Assembly (NCBI GenBank): GCA_937927525.1
Contig: CALBDR010000358.1
Location: forward strand, 1-60,479
Direction: 5' to 3'
Source of the DNA: an uncultured Candidatus Melainabacteria bacterium
GTDB lineage: Bacteria > Cyanobacteriota > Vampirovibrionia > LMEP-6097
DNA length: 60,479 nt
The translations under genes were made by a program, and so were the position numbers. Positions 47,474 through 58,058 of the stretch are shown here, piece after piece (position 1 is the first letter of the stretch; the number at the start of each line of letters is the position of its first letter). The notes under the pieces were generated by a model that saw nothing but the letters and a program-made list of their open reading frames with translations, was not told where the DNA came from and did no database searches.

Positions 47474-49364
47474 AAAAATTTTTCTGTTATTAACAGTATT
47501 TATTGTTAGTTCTTGCAGCTCAGGATCCAACAATAAGAATTCTATAACAATAGCTTATAGTGAACTTGACTCAAAGCTAGCCTCTTTACTTACAGAGAAG
47601 TTAAAACATAATTCAAAAATCAAATTTCAAAAAATTGAACAAATTAAATGCATTGACTTTCTTCATAAGAGCTCTAACTCAATGTATCTTGGGTCAATAG
47701 ATCCTTTAATAACTAATGACGATGAAATCAGTAAAATTATAGTTGCTAAAGATAGCTTAGTCTTTGTAGTAAACCCTAGTAACCCAATTGACAACCTTAA
47801 TAAAGAAGATTTATCAAAAATATTTTTAGGGAGTATGAAATCTTGGTCTAAGTTAAAAGGTACTAAGCAACCGATTACTGTTATTAATAAAGCTGAAACT
47901 CATGCTGACAACCAAACCTTATCAAAGTTCTTGCAAAAAGATAATTTAAGAGCAGCTCAAAATCAATTTATCGCAAATACTAACGAAGAAGCTCTAGCTT
48001 TAGTTCAACAATATGAAAACTCAATATCATACGTAAGCTTTTCTAGCATTGACAACCGTGTAAAAGCAATCAATTTAAACAACATAGCCCCAACAATTTT
48101 AAATATCAATTCCGGAAATTTTCCTTTATATAGAGTGATAAATTTATACTACAGTTCAAATCTATATTTAAATGAAAAAGTTCAAGATGAAATTAAAGAG
48201 CTAACAGAATATTTATGGTCAGAAGACTTTAAACATTCTTTAAATGAACTTAAACTAGTTTCATTAACTCAAGCTGAGATTCAAATCATTAAAGAAAACA
48301 ATAAAGCTGTAAAAATCGGTGTATCTGGACCGCTTTCAGGTCCCTACACTGAACTTGGTCGTTCAATAGTAAATGGTGCAAGATTAGCTGTTCAAGAACA
48401 AAATAGAAAAGCTAATCTCAAAGGTAAGCCAGTTGAGTTAATAATCTGTGATGATAAAGCAGCTGTAGCATCAGCTTTAGATTGTGCAAATAAGTTCCTG
48501 AAAGAGAAAGTAGCAGGAGTAATTGGTCATCTTAATTCAAATATATCTATTGAAGCATCAAAAATATATATAAATAACGGCATCATTCAAATCAGTCCAG
48601 GTTCAACTCACCCATGGTTAACGAATAGAGAAGAAGCACGTGGTAAAGTATTTAGAACTATAGATATAGACGAAAGACAAGCCCTGACACTAGCAAGAGC
48701 TGTAGCAAATTTACCGAAGTTACGCAAAAATATAGCAATTCTTCATAATGGAACAATCTATGGTTCTAACCTTGCGACATTAATCGAAAACTATCTACTG
48801 AGAAATGTTTCTGAAACAATGAAAATTGAAAGTTTAAAATTTGATGTTAGCGGTAAACATTTTTATCATGTCTTTAAACACAACACTCCTAATATAGTGA
48901 TATTTATTGGTGAATATGCTGATGCTGCACAAATGTTAGTGGATTTAGCCTTAGATAATAAATCAGACGTGACATTTTTTGGTGCCGATGGAAACTTTAG
49001 TAAACGATTCATCCAACTTGCTGGATTAAGAGCAGAGGGAGCTCATGTTTTAGGCTGCAACATCGATGATCAATCTAATGATTTCATTGACTTTGAAAAA
49101 AAATATAATAAAATTTTCAAACATAATCTCAGCTCTTTCTCAATCTATAGCTATGATGCGACAAGAATTTTAATCAATGCTATTGTTGCTCATAACCGAG
49201 ACAAATCTAAATCTTTATCATCTCTAATCCAAAATTCTGTCACAGAGAGTCTTTGTGGTCCTATAAGTTTTGATGAATATGGCAACCCTGAAAAATCAAG
49301 GATAGCAATCTATAAAGTACAGGATGGTCAGTTTATTAAAACTAAATTAGGTCAAAGCTATTAA
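47451..49364 (+). CDS. Lipoprotein fusing a PstS-like (PBP type 2) domain to a LivK-like (type 1) periplasmic binding domain
   Basis: Lipobox FIVSSCSS. The N-terminal half has NLNKEDLSKIFLGSMKSWSKLKG...ITVINK. The C-terminal half has VKIGVSGPLSGPYTELGRSIVNGARLAVQE. Confidence 0.7.
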   Translation: MSLVNYIKKIFLLLTVFIVSSCSSGSNNKNSITIAYSELDSKLASLLTEKLKHNSKIKFQKIEQIKCIDFLHKSSNSMYLGSIDPLITNDDEISKIIVAKDSLVFVVNPSNPIDNLNKEDLSKIFLGSMKSWSKLKGTKQPITVINKAETHADNQTLSKFLQKDNLRAAQNQFIANTNEEALALVQQYENSISYVSFSSIDNRVKAINLNNIAPTILNINSGNFPLYRVINLYYSSNLYLNEKVQDEIKELTEYLWSEDFKHSLNELKLVSLTQAEIQIIKENNKAVKIGVSGPLSGPYTELGRSIVNGARLAVQEQNRKANLKGKPVELIICDDKAAVASALDCANKFLKEKVAGVIGHLNSNISIEASKIYINNGIIQISPGSTHPWLTNREEARGKVFRTIDIDERQALTLARAVANLPKLRKNIAILHNGTIYGSNLATLIENYLLRNVSETMKIESLKFDVSGKHFYHVFKHNTPNIVIFIGEYADAAQMLVDLALDNKSDVTFFGADGNFSKRFIQLAGLRAEGAHVLGCNIDDQSNDFIDFEKKYNKIFKHNLSSFSIYSYDATRILINAIVAHNRDKSKSLSSLIQNSVTESLCGPISFDEYGNPEKSRIAIYKVQDGQFIKTKLGQSY

Positions 49365-51151
49365 TCTATATTGTTAATGTTTAATATCATCGAATCTTTC
49401 TCAAGAATTATCGGATAGTTCTGTGGATCTAACTTTAAAGCTTTGATATACCCAGAATCTCTTTCTAGTATTAACTTAAGCTTACTAGCTTTACTCAATG
49501 AACTGATAAAGGCTTCTGTGCATTTAGAAGAGCTTACTTTCTCTGAGAAAGTTCCTTTAGAGTTACTAGAAAGCTGTGAGAAATTATCATAAGTACAAAC
49601 GGCTCCAGGAATAGCAACAGAATTTGCATCTACAAGAATCATATGTAAGTCCATCGGATCAGTAGCTTTATCCACAGTATTACTATACTTAAACTTCAAG
49701 TCAAGAAACTGTTTTCCCTCTTCTTGGGAAACTAAGTCAGCTGAAGCTTTATCAACTTTCCTAAACTTAGGACTGTCAATAAACTTCAAGCTAACATTCT
49801 TTTCCAAATCAGATCTAATTAAATAATCCAGACCATTTTCCGCTTTAAATACAAGAGCAAAGTCCAAATTAAGTTTCTTAACTAAAGTATTGTTATAAAG
49901 CTCCTTATTCTTTACAAAGAAGTTTCTCTTCTGTTTTAACTTTAAGAATAAAGGTATGCTGAGCTTACCATCATCCAAATTAATCTCAGAGCTATCTTGG
50001 AGTACAGAGAATTTAACAGATTTACCAGAGCTTAAGCCTAATAAAGAACTTTCAAGTGGCTTTAAAGCAAAGTTTTTATAATCATTCAAGTTAGTCTTAA
50101 AAGATCTGATTTTTTTTATTTTATATTTATCCTTGTCATAATCAGCATTTAAAATAAGCTCATCACTAATATATCGAGCTTTCTCTTCACCTGAATCAAG
50201 AGTGAAAATTATTTCATTAACATTTAAACTTAAATTAGTAATTTCAGCTTTCATTGCTTTAAAACTAATTACAGAGTTGGCTTTAAGACGTGCATTTCGA
50301 GGGTATTCTTTAATAACTTCATCAAAATAAGGCCTTAAATCTATAGCAAATTTATAAACTTCAAAATCTTTAATAGTCATAGGCTGAGATACAAACTGAC
50401 TCAAAAGAGTCTCAAACTCAGCAAATTTATTGGAACTATCTTTTAGAAGCTTAAATTTAAACTCATTAGTAACATCTAATTTAGAGCCATCAACTGAATA
50501 CCTATAAACTCTTAAATTATTTAATAGAACAGAATCTCCTGCACTAAAAGATTTTAAAGTTTCAGCAGCCACATAATCTGGATCGTGTTCAATAGTGATT
50601 TTAAATTTCACAGGTGCATGTCCTACACTTGCATTAATTTCTTTATCATTTTTTGCATCTATAACTCTAGCTCTTAATTTAACAAGCTTGGGAGCGAAAG
50701 AAAAATCATCTAAAGCTACAAATTTCTTTTTTTCACCAATACGAATTTTTTTTTCTCGACTAGTTAAAACAGATCTAGAATCAGCCTCCAGTAAATCAAG
50801 TCTAATCTTTAATTCTTCCTCTGTGTTTACCATCACCGAGCTTTTATCAAAGCTCACTCTATATAAATTAGGTTTTTCTGGGTTATCTACTGCTTCAACT
50901 TGAAAATCTGTAGCTTCTGAAATCAACCTATCTGCTAAATAAACTTTTAATCTATCAGTCTCAACACCAGTTTCAGAACTCAGAATAGCTTGAAGTTTCA
51001 AATCAAACTCACTACCGATTTTAATAGGAGCAGGACTAGTTAGTATTCCTAATTTGACGAATTTATGATCACTTGAAATCTTTAGCGCTTCAGCTGGTAA
51101 AAACCAAGCAGAGATAGAGACACAAATTAAAAATAATATAGAGTTCTTCAC
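49361..51151 (-). CDS. Hypothetical secreted protein
   Basis: 596-aa ORF with a GTG start and the signal-like MKNSILFLICVSISAWFLPAEA. No family motif. Confidence 0.65.
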   Translation of the reverse strand: MKNSILFLICVSISAWFLPAEALKISSDHKFVKLGILTSPAPIKIGSEFDLKLQAILSSETGVETDRLKVYLADRLISEATDFQVEAVDNPEKPNLYRVSFDKSSVMVNTEEELKIRLDLLEADSRSVLTSREKKIRIGEKKKFVALDDFSFAPKLVKLRARVIDAKNDKEINASVGHAPVKFKITIEHDPDYVAAETLKSFSAGDSVLLNNLRVYRYSVDGSKLDVTNEFKFKLLKDSSNKFAEFETLLSQFVSQPMTIKDFEVYKFAIDLRPYFDEVIKEYPRNARLKANSVISFKAMKAEITNLSLNVNEIIFTLDSGEEKARYISDELILNADYDKDKYKIKKIRSFKTNLNDYKNFALKPLESSLLGLSSGKSVKFSVLQDSSEINLDDGKLSIPLFLKLKQKRNFFVKNKELYNNTLVKKLNLDFALVFKAENGLDYLIRSDLEKNVSLKFIDSPKFRKVDKASADLVSQEEGKQFLDLKFKYSNTVDKATDPMDLHMILVDANSVAIPGAVCTYDNFSQLSSNSKGTFSEKVSSSKCTEAFISSLSKASKLKLILERDSGYIKALKLDPQNYPIILEKDSMILNINNID

Positions 51152-51163
51152 TCTAATATTAAA

Positions 51164-52744
51164 TCACTTTTTTCTAATAGCGACTACTGAAGATCTAGCT
51201 TTCTTATCATTATTTAGATTCGGCCAATGACTTTGAGTACCTAACTCACCTGGATGTTGAACTGAAAGAAACAAAGTTTTTGATTTTTCATCAAAAGATA
51301 TACCACAGAGCTCAGCACCTTTAGGTGCTGAAGCAAAGCGAAGAGCCTTGCCTGAATACTCGCCATTTAGAGGAATTACAAAAAGTGAATTATTGCCATG
51401 GAATTTATATTCTTTCTTATTAATAGCTTTACTACTAATATCAGTAGCTACCCATAAAGAGTTATCACTGGTGAAACGAAGATTATCAGGGCAGGCAAAG
51501 CCTGAATTCTCGCCACCAAGTGCAAAGTTTTCATATTTAAAACTTAAAGCCCCATGATCATGATTAGTTTCTGAAATCTTAAATACAGATCCAAAGCTAT
51601 TAGCTTTAGTCTTATTATTAGTTAATGAAACAAAAACATCTTTAGACTTAGGACTAATTGCAATTCCCTCTGGTCTGTCGGTAGCGCTAGCACCTAAAAG
51701 CTTTGCTGCTCTTCTAGTCTCTAGAAGCAATTCAGCATCAGAATCAAAGTGTTCCGTTAATTTTGGGTTTTCAACACTCAATAACTCCCAAGTCCCTAAG
51801 CCTGACTGAGATTTACTAAAATCTAGATCTTTATCAAATTTAGCGACATATAGCTTACCCTCCGCCAAATAATCACGGTCATGATCATTTAAAGCTTTAC
51901 TAGAAACAAATTTATAGATATGTTCATTTTCTTTATCGTCTCCCATGTAGGCTATGACTTTTTTATCATCTGCTAAGGCTAAAGCTGCATTTTCATGAGC
52001 AATCTTCCCTAGAGAAGTACGTTTTACCGGGATAGAATTTTTCGTATATGGATCAATCTCAACTATCCATCCATACTGATTCATATCAAAATCTTGCCAA
52101 TGATATAAATCTTTAAAATTATGATAATTCTCTTCACAAGTGAGTATTGTTCCCCACAAAGTCTTACCACCACTACAATTTGCTAAAGTACCCTTCATCT
52201 CAGGATATTTAGCTACGACTGGACCAGAGACACGACAAGTTCTATTAGCATCTACAGTCCAATTATATTTTTTTTGCTCATTGATATCTTCATCAAAAAC
52301 CCACTCAGAGTTAGCATTCTGTATAATTTTAAAGATACTAACCCCGACTACTTTCCTTTGAGCCTTCTCTCCTATAACTTCTAAAGGGTTTACTGATTCA
52401 TGGTTCACAAATAACAGTGCTTCTTTCTCTGCTAGAGGAAGAAATTCTACATAGTCATTGTTATAACCGAAATCAATACTTTCATGATTAGCATTAAGTA
52501 TTTTATCCCCCCAAGAACGAATAATATTATAAGTAAAAGATTCATCTAAAACCAATTCATCAGACTCAGAAGCTGCTATAGCCTCAAATTCCCCTAATAC
52601 AGATTTCAAACTAAGCCCAGCATTTAATTGTGAGAGACTGGACGAAGAGTTTAAAAAGGATAAAGAACTACATGAGTTTAATGCTAAAGCAGTACTAGAT
52701 AAGCCTAAAAATTTCAAAAAATCACGACGATTAAAACTATTCAT
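51164..52744 (-). CDS. phoX: PhoX-family (DUF839) secreted phosphatase with a Tat signal
   Basis: Twin-arginine NRRDFLKFLG and NCSGGKTLWGTILTCEEN. Confidence 0.85.
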   Translation of the reverse strand: MNSFNRRDFLKFLGLSSTALALNSCSSLSFLNSSSSLSQLNAGLSLKSVLGEFEAIAASESDELVLDESFTYNIIRSWGDKILNANHESIDFGYNNDYVEFLPLAEKEALLFVNHESVNPLEVIGEKAQRKVVGVSIFKIIQNANSEWVFDEDINEQKKYNWTVDANRTCRVSGPVVAKYPEMKGTLANCSGGKTLWGTILTCEENYHNFKDLYHWQDFDMNQYGWIVEIDPYTKNSIPVKRTSLGKIAHENAALALADDKKVIAYMGDDKENEHIYKFVSSKALNDHDRDYLAEGKLYVAKFDKDLDFSKSQSGLGTWELLSVENPKLTEHFDSDAELLLETRRAAKLLGASATDRPEGIAISPKSKDVFVSLTNNKTKANSFGSVFKISETNHDHGALSFKYENFALGGENSGFACPDNLRFTSDNSLWVATDISSKAINKKEYKFHGNNSLFVIPLNGEYSGKALRFASAPKGAELCGISFDEKSKTLFLSVQHPGELGTQSHWPNLNNDKKARSSVVAIRKK

Positions 52745-52762
52745 ATATTAAAATTATAATTA

Positions 52763-53512
52763 ATGCGTTTAGTTTTAATTTATTTGTCTATACTTTGCTT
52801 AAATATTTTTTCTGCAAGTAATATATATGCTCATCCAGGAACGAGAGAAATAAGTCCGCTAATAGAAGTAAAAGGAACAGCTAAAGAATTTTTTGAATCT
52901 GACTTAGCATACTTAAACTTCACGATTACGAGCCTTGCAGATAATGCCGCTAGTGCTAATAAAATAAATGAAAGTGAATCTAAAGAACTTTTCTTAAAAC
53001 TTAAAACGCTAGGAGTTGCTGAAAAAGACTTAGAACTTAGAAATTATCGTGTCATCGAGAAAAAAGAATATAATCATAAGACTAGAAAGTCAGAGTTACT
53101 TGGTTTTGAAGCGAAAAAGTTTCTTAAAGCTAAAGTTAAAAAACTTAATAATTTAGATGAAATATCTGCATTACTTAGTTCCAGCTCATATACAGAATTA
53201 GATAGTATCCATTATGACTTAGAGAATAGAGAACAAGCTAAACTAAGCACCTATCAAAAAGCTACTCGTAATGCTGTAAATAAAGCTAAGGCTATAGTTT
53301 CTGAACTAAAAGAAGTTAAACTAGGTAAAATCCAACTAATCAAAGATTCAGACACTCAATTCATTAGCCCCCAAAGAAGTCTCAAGCATAGCCCGAGAGT
53401 GTTTGCTATGGCTTCTGAAGCTAATATCTCAAATGAATCTGACTCTATACCTCAAAATGAAATTGAAATCCATTCAGAGGTTTTTATGAGCTTTGAGTTA
53501 GAGGATAAATAA
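52763..53512 (+). CDS. SIMPL/DUF541-family periplasmic protein
   Basis: Signal peptide, then IEVKGTAKEFFESDLAYLNFTI, with length and layout typical of the 26-kDa periplasmic immunogenic protein family. Confidence 0.65.
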   Translation: MRLVLIYLSILCLNIFSASNIYAHPGTREISPLIEVKGTAKEFFESDLAYLNFTITSLADNAASANKINESESKELFLKLKTLGVAEKDLELRNYRVIEKKEYNHKTRKSELLGFEAKKFLKAKVKKLNNLDEISALLSSSSYTELDSIHYDLENREQAKLSTYQKATRNAVNKAKAIVSELKEVKLGKIQLIKDSDTQFISPQRSLKHSPRVFAMASEANISNESDSIPQNEIEIHSEVFMSFELEDK

Positions 53513-53564
53513 AAAGATAATTTGATTTTTGCAATATAAACTTTTTAGAAATGTTCATTAACAA

Positions 53565-53591
53565 GGCTTGCGAGGAAGAGAAAGCGCAGCC
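53565..53591. terminator. Weak intergenic hairpin between convergent genes
   Basis: GGCT(T)GCG-12 nt-CGCAGCC, a 7-bp stem with one bulge. No convincing T-tract. Confidence 0.25.
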
Positions 53592-53605
53592 TAATGGAAT
53601 AAGGT

Positions 53606-54526
53606 TTAAGGGTGTGGATGGCCGGTCATACGATAGTAATCCGCATCTCGAGAATAATCTGGTTGAGTGTTTTGGAAAGCCATCGGTGGATTATTTAATC
53701 TCATATAATTAGGGTCTCTAGTTATAGGGTTAGTAGGCTCAGTAGAGTTATAGTATTGAACTGGGTAATCGATAAACTGTTCTTGTGATCTAAGAGCTCT
53801 TTCGTATTGTTGTTGGTCACGCTTAGCTTGCCCTATACTTCCAATTAAACCAAAAGCGTGCGGAATGGCACCAAGTGCCCATGCTGCTGAAAGAGTGGTT
53901 CTAGTACCAAAGGTTCCAGGATAATTAAAAGGTGTGACTGTACTTAATGGCGCAATTCTAAGAAAATCTGAAGTATGTCCTCCTATTCCTTTTCGCCTAT
54001 CTACTGTTTTATAACCCCAACCAGGGCTTAATCTTTTATAATCTCCAATCGCATATTCATCGTTACGTGCTTCTCTATGAGGACGATACGGATCTACAGC
54101 TCCACCTACTGAGTAACCTAGGTCACGCCAATGCTTTGATTTTTGGGTTTCAACCCCGTTAGGTAAGAATTTTCGATTATAATACTCTGGGATATCTGAA
54201 TCTTTCAGTGAAACTTCTCGTAAGAACTCTCCTTGAGCTGTGTATAAACCACAGTAACCACTTTGATGTTTTATAACGACGTTAGCTGCTTCGACTTCAC
54301 TTACTATATCCTTCCAACCGTCAACTCTGGTAACTTCTAAAATTTTCTTATTATTAAATAATGACATTTCTGAATCAGCTAAATCCCATGTATGTAAATC
54401 TACCAGGACAATTACAGGAGCATCTTCCTCAACTGCGTATGATTTTATATTAGTTTGGTAAGCAAATAAAATTAGGAGTTGCAAAGCAACTAAGAAAAAC
54501 TTGAAAAAAGCTTCTTTACTTTTCAT
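53606..54526 (-). CDS. Hypothetical secreted protein (Tyr/Pro/Arg-rich C-terminus)
   Basis: 306-aa ORF with a signal-like N-terminus. No recognisable family. Confidence 0.6.
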   Translation of the reverse strand: MKSKEAFFKFFLVALQLLILFAYQTNIKSYAVEEDAPVIVLVDLHTWDLADSEMSLFNNKKILEVTRVDGWKDIVSEVEAANVVIKHQSGYCGLYTAQGEFLREVSLKDSDIPEYYNRKFLPNGVETQKSKHWRDLGYSVGGAVDPYRPHREARNDEYAIGDYKRLSPGWGYKTVDRRKGIGGHTSDFLRIAPLSTVTPFNYPGTFGTRTTLSAAWALGAIPHAFGLIGSIGQAKRDQQQYERALRSQEQFIDYPVQYYNSTEPTNPITRDPNYMRLNNPPMAFQNTQPDYSRDADYYRMTGHPHP

Positions 54527-54552
54527 CTTAATATATTATTCCCTTTTTAAGG

Positions 54553-55497
54553 CTAGGTTAAACGTATTATTGAGAATATATCTTGATTAATCTGATCAAT
54601 TAAAGCATCAACAGATTCAAACTTTTTCTCATTACGAATTTTTCTATGGAAAGTAATTTTCATTTCTTCGCCATAAATATTTTCATTAAAGTCTAAAATA
54701 TGAACCTCTATAGACACGACCTTTTCAGTTTTAAAGCTGGGTCTATAACCGATATTCACTAAAGCCTTATGGGCAATTCCCCATATATGATCTTCAGGAA
54801 CAGCCTTTCTTATATATGCATCAACTAAATAGACACCATTATTGGGTAAAATTAATTCTTCATTTAGCTTTAAATTTGCTGTAGGGAAACCAATAGTTCT
54901 TCCACGTTGGTCACCTTTAACAACAAGTCCTGCTAGTGAAAACTTGTGTCCTAGATATTTATTTGCATCATCAACTTTCCCTGAACTAATCAATTCCCGA
55001 ATTTTTGAACTACTGATAAGCTCATCTTCAAATTTAAATGCATCAATAATAGTTAAATCGACATTTTTTGATTGTGCCCAACTAGAAAGAAATTCAGGTG
55101 TACCTTCACGGTTTTTTCCAAAATGGTGATCATAACCTACAGATATAGCAGCAACATTCAATTCATCTAATAGATATTTTTTCAAATAGTCTCCAGGTGA
55201 CATGTACATAATATCTAAAGAAAAATCTAATGCTAAAACTTGCTCAACACCAAGGTCAGCAAAGAGTTCCAGACGAGTATTGAAATCAGTAATAATTTTA
55301 GGACATCTATTTATAGTTAAGGATCTAGGATGATTCTTAAATGTTAGAACAGAACTAATTAGATCTTTATCTTTAGCATGCTTAACGGCTGATTTAATAA
55401 TCTCTTGATGTCCTAAATGAACACCATCAAACATACCTAAAGCAACTGAAGATTTGCTATGGCTAGTTTTAGAATTTTTAAGTTTGATTAATCCCAC
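54553..55497 (-). CDS. ribF: Bifunctional riboflavin kinase / FMN adenylyltransferase
   Basis: ALGMFDGVHLGHQ, GFPTANL and the C-terminal kinase block. Confidence 0.93.
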   Translation of the reverse strand: MGLIKLKNSKTSHSKSSVALGMFDGVHLGHQEIIKSAVKHAKDKDLISSVLTFKNHPRSLTINRCPKIITDFNTRLELFADLGVEQVLALDFSLDIMYMSPGDYLKKYLLDELNVAAISVGYDHHFGKNREGTPEFLSSWAQSKNVDLTIIDAFKFEDELISSSKIRELISSGKVDDANKYLGHKFSLAGLVVKGDQRGRTIGFPTANLKLNEELILPNNGVYLVDAYIRKAVPEDHIWGIAHKALVNIGYRPSFKTEKVVSIEVHILDFNENIYGEEMKITFHRKIRNEKKFESVDALIDQINQDIFSIIRLT

Positions 55498-55501
55498 AAA
55501 A

Positions 55502-56293
55502 TTAAACAGACAAGCTAAAAAGATCTGAATGACTTATCTTTCTGGCATATAAAGCTTTTCCGATAATGACACCAGAGACTGTGAGCTTTTTATTAACAAG
55601 ACTTATAAGAGACTTAACATCATCTATACTAGAAATCCCACCGGAGGAAATAGTGTTTACTTCAGTAGCTTCAACAAACTCAGTTAACTCTTTGATATTG
55701 GGGCCTCTTAAGGTTCCATCACGACTAATATCAGTATATATCACATGCTTTAAGCCATGTTTATCTTTAAATTCTTTAACAACATCTATAGCATTTACAT
55801 CAGAATCTTCCAACCAACCATTAACAGCAAGCATACCGTTTCGACAGTCAATCCCACAAACTATTTTATCTGGACCGAAGTGCTTTAATGCTTCTTTCAC
55901 AAAATTAGGATTCTTAACGATGGCACTACCTAGGATAATTCTATTAACACCACAGTCTAGAATCTGCTCTGCTGTATGCATATCTCTAATACCACCGCCT
56001 ACTTGAACATAGAGACTAATATTCTTTACTATATCTCTTATTATCTCAAGATTTTTAGCCAAACCATATCTAGCACCATCAAGATCTACTAAATGTAAGT
56101 ATCTAGCACCATCCATTTCTAATTTTCGAGCAACAAATAAGGGGTCTGTATTATAGACAGTTTCATCATCAAAATCTCCCTGATAAAGCCTTACACATTT
56201 ACCACCCATAATATCAATGGCTGGAAATATCGCAAATTTATCCTTCTGTTCAGCTGATTTATTAGCTCTTAAGTTTTCTTCCTGTTCCACCAC
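55502..56293 (-). CDS. hisA: ProFAR isomerase
   Basis: FPAIDIMGGKCVRLYQGDF, VQVGGGIRD, DISRDGTL and SGGISS. Confidence 0.9.
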   Translation of the reverse strand: MVEQEENLRANKSAEQKDKFAIFPAIDIMGGKCVRLYQGDFDDETVYNTDPLFVARKLEMDGARYLHLVDLDGARYGLAKNLEIIRDIVKNISLYVQVGGGIRDMHTAEQILDCGVNRIILGSAIVKNPNFVKEALKHFGPDKIVCGIDCRNGMLAVNGWLEDSDVNAIDVVKEFKDKHGLKHVIYTDISRDGTLRGPNIKELTEFVEATEVNTISSGGISSIDDVKSLISLVNKKLTVSGVIIGKALYARKISHSDLFSLSV

Positions 56294-56309
56294 TAAGTAT
56301 TATACCCTC

Positions 56310-58058
56310 TTATTTAGCATAATTCCTTAGGATTGGTTCAAAATAAGAAGTATCTACAGGCTCATATGATATTTCAACACCGCCATTTTTATATTCAGCA
56401 ATAGTAGTTTTCAACCACTCATCATCTAATCTATCTGGATATTCAGGTTTATAATGTGCCCCACGAGATTCCTTTCTCATAAGAGCACTTTTAGTGATGA
56501 TTTCAGCGATATCAAACATATGGAAAAGCTCTCTCATATAAAACAAACTCTGATTAGCCCACTTTCCTGTGTCAGGAATCTGAACTTGTTCAAATTTAGC
56601 TCTCAATCCTTCTATTCCATGAAGAGTTTCTTCTAAATCTTTATCGTATCTAACCACAGTAACGTTCTTAGTCATCATATTTCCAAGTTCAATATGAATA
56701 GCTCTAGCATTTTCTTTACCAGTCTGTGAGGTAAATTTATTTACTAAGTCTTGCTCAGCTTTTACTTGATTAGCGAAAACAGACTCATCAAGATCTGAAT
56801 AAGACTTCTCTAAACCGCTAATGTATTTGGCTACATCTTTACCAGTCTCAAGACCACCAAATGTACAAGATAGTAAGCTGTTAGCTCCCAATCTGTTAGC
56901 TCCATGGTACTGGAACTCACATTCTCCAGCAGCAAATAAACCAGGAATATTCGTCATTTGAGTATCATTTTCAATCCATAAGCCACCCATGCTGTAGTGA
57001 ACTGATGGAAAAACTTCCATAGGAACTTCACGAGGATCTACACCTTTAAACTTCTCATAAATTTCTAAGATCCCTCCTAATTTTTTATTTAAAAAATCTC
57101 TAGGTTTGTGCGTTAAATCAAGGTGTACACATGGCTTACCATTAACTCCTAGACCTTGTTTGTGAACAATATCAAAAATCTCACGTGTAGCGATATCTCT
57201 AGGGACTAAGTTTCCATACTTAGGATATTTTTCTTCTAAGAAATACCATGGCTTACCATCTTTGTAAGTCCAAACTCTGCCACCTTCACCACGAGCAGAC
57301 TCAGACATTAACCTATCTTTATCTGAACCTGGTATAGCAGTAGGGTGAACCTGAATAAATTCACCATTAGCGTATTTAACACCTTGTTTAAAACAAGCAG
57401 AAGCAGCGATACCATTATTAATAGTACTATTCGTAGATCTCCCAAAAACATTACCAGGACCACCAGTAGCGATAACGACAGCGTTTCCTTTAAAAGCTCT
57501 GAGTTCCATAGTATCTAAGTTTTGAGCAACTATACCTCTACAGACACCATCCTCATCAATGATATTTGAAAGCATTTCCCAGCCTTCATACTTAGTAACT
57601 TTTCCTTGGTCTTCAAATCTTCTTACCTGTTCATCTAAAGAATAAAGTAACTGCTGACCAGTAGTAGCACCAGCATAAGCTGTTCTATGGTAAAGAGTTC
57701 CACCAAATCTTCTAAAATCTAAGTGTCCCTCTGGAGTTCTATTGAACATTACTCCAAATCTATCGAATAAATCTAAAATCTTAGGTGCAGCTTCGCACAT
57801 TCTAACGATAGGACCTTGGTTTGCTAGGAAATCACCACCATAAATAGTGTCGTATGCGTGTTGCTTAGTAGAATCACCCTCACCTTTGATATTTTTAGCA
57901 GCGTTAATTCCACCTTGGGCACAAACAGAGTGTGACCTTTTAACAGGAACTATAGATACTATATCGACAGTACAACCCGACTGAACCGCACTTAAAGCAG
58001 CCCCTAAGCCACCAAGACCACCACCAACTATTACAATATTTTTATCTATATCTGCCAT
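56310..58058 (-). CDS. sdhA: Succinate dehydrogenase / fumarate reductase flavoprotein subunit
   Basis: The match to the Bacillus-type SdhA pattern is almost end to end: VGGGLGGLGAA, VKRSHSVCAQGGINAA, HYSMGGLW and SRGAHYKPEYPDR. Confidence 0.93.
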   Translation of the reverse strand: MADIDKNIVIVGGGLGGLGAALSAVQSGCTVDIVSIVPVKRSHSVCAQGGINAAKNIKGEGDSTKQHAYDTIYGGDFLANQGPIVRMCEAAPKILDLFDRFGVMFNRTPEGHLDFRRFGGTLYHRTAYAGATTGQQLLYSLDEQVRRFEDQGKVTKYEGWEMLSNIIDEDGVCRGIVAQNLDTMELRAFKGNAVVIATGGPGNVFGRSTNSTINNGIAASACFKQGVKYANGEFIQVHPTAIPGSDKDRLMSESARGEGGRVWTYKDGKPWYFLEEKYPKYGNLVPRDIATREIFDIVHKQGLGVNGKPCVHLDLTHKPRDFLNKKLGGILEIYEKFKGVDPREVPMEVFPSVHYSMGGLWIENDTQMTNIPGLFAAGECEFQYHGANRLGANSLLSCTFGGLETGKDVAKYISGLEKSYSDLDESVFANQVKAEQDLVNKFTSQTGKENARAIHIELGNMMTKNVTVVRYDKDLEETLHGIEGLRAKFEQVQIPDTGKWANQSLFYMRELFHMFDIAEIITKSALMRKESRGAHYKPEYPDRLDDEWLKTTIAEYKNGGVEISYEPVDTSYFEPILRNYAK

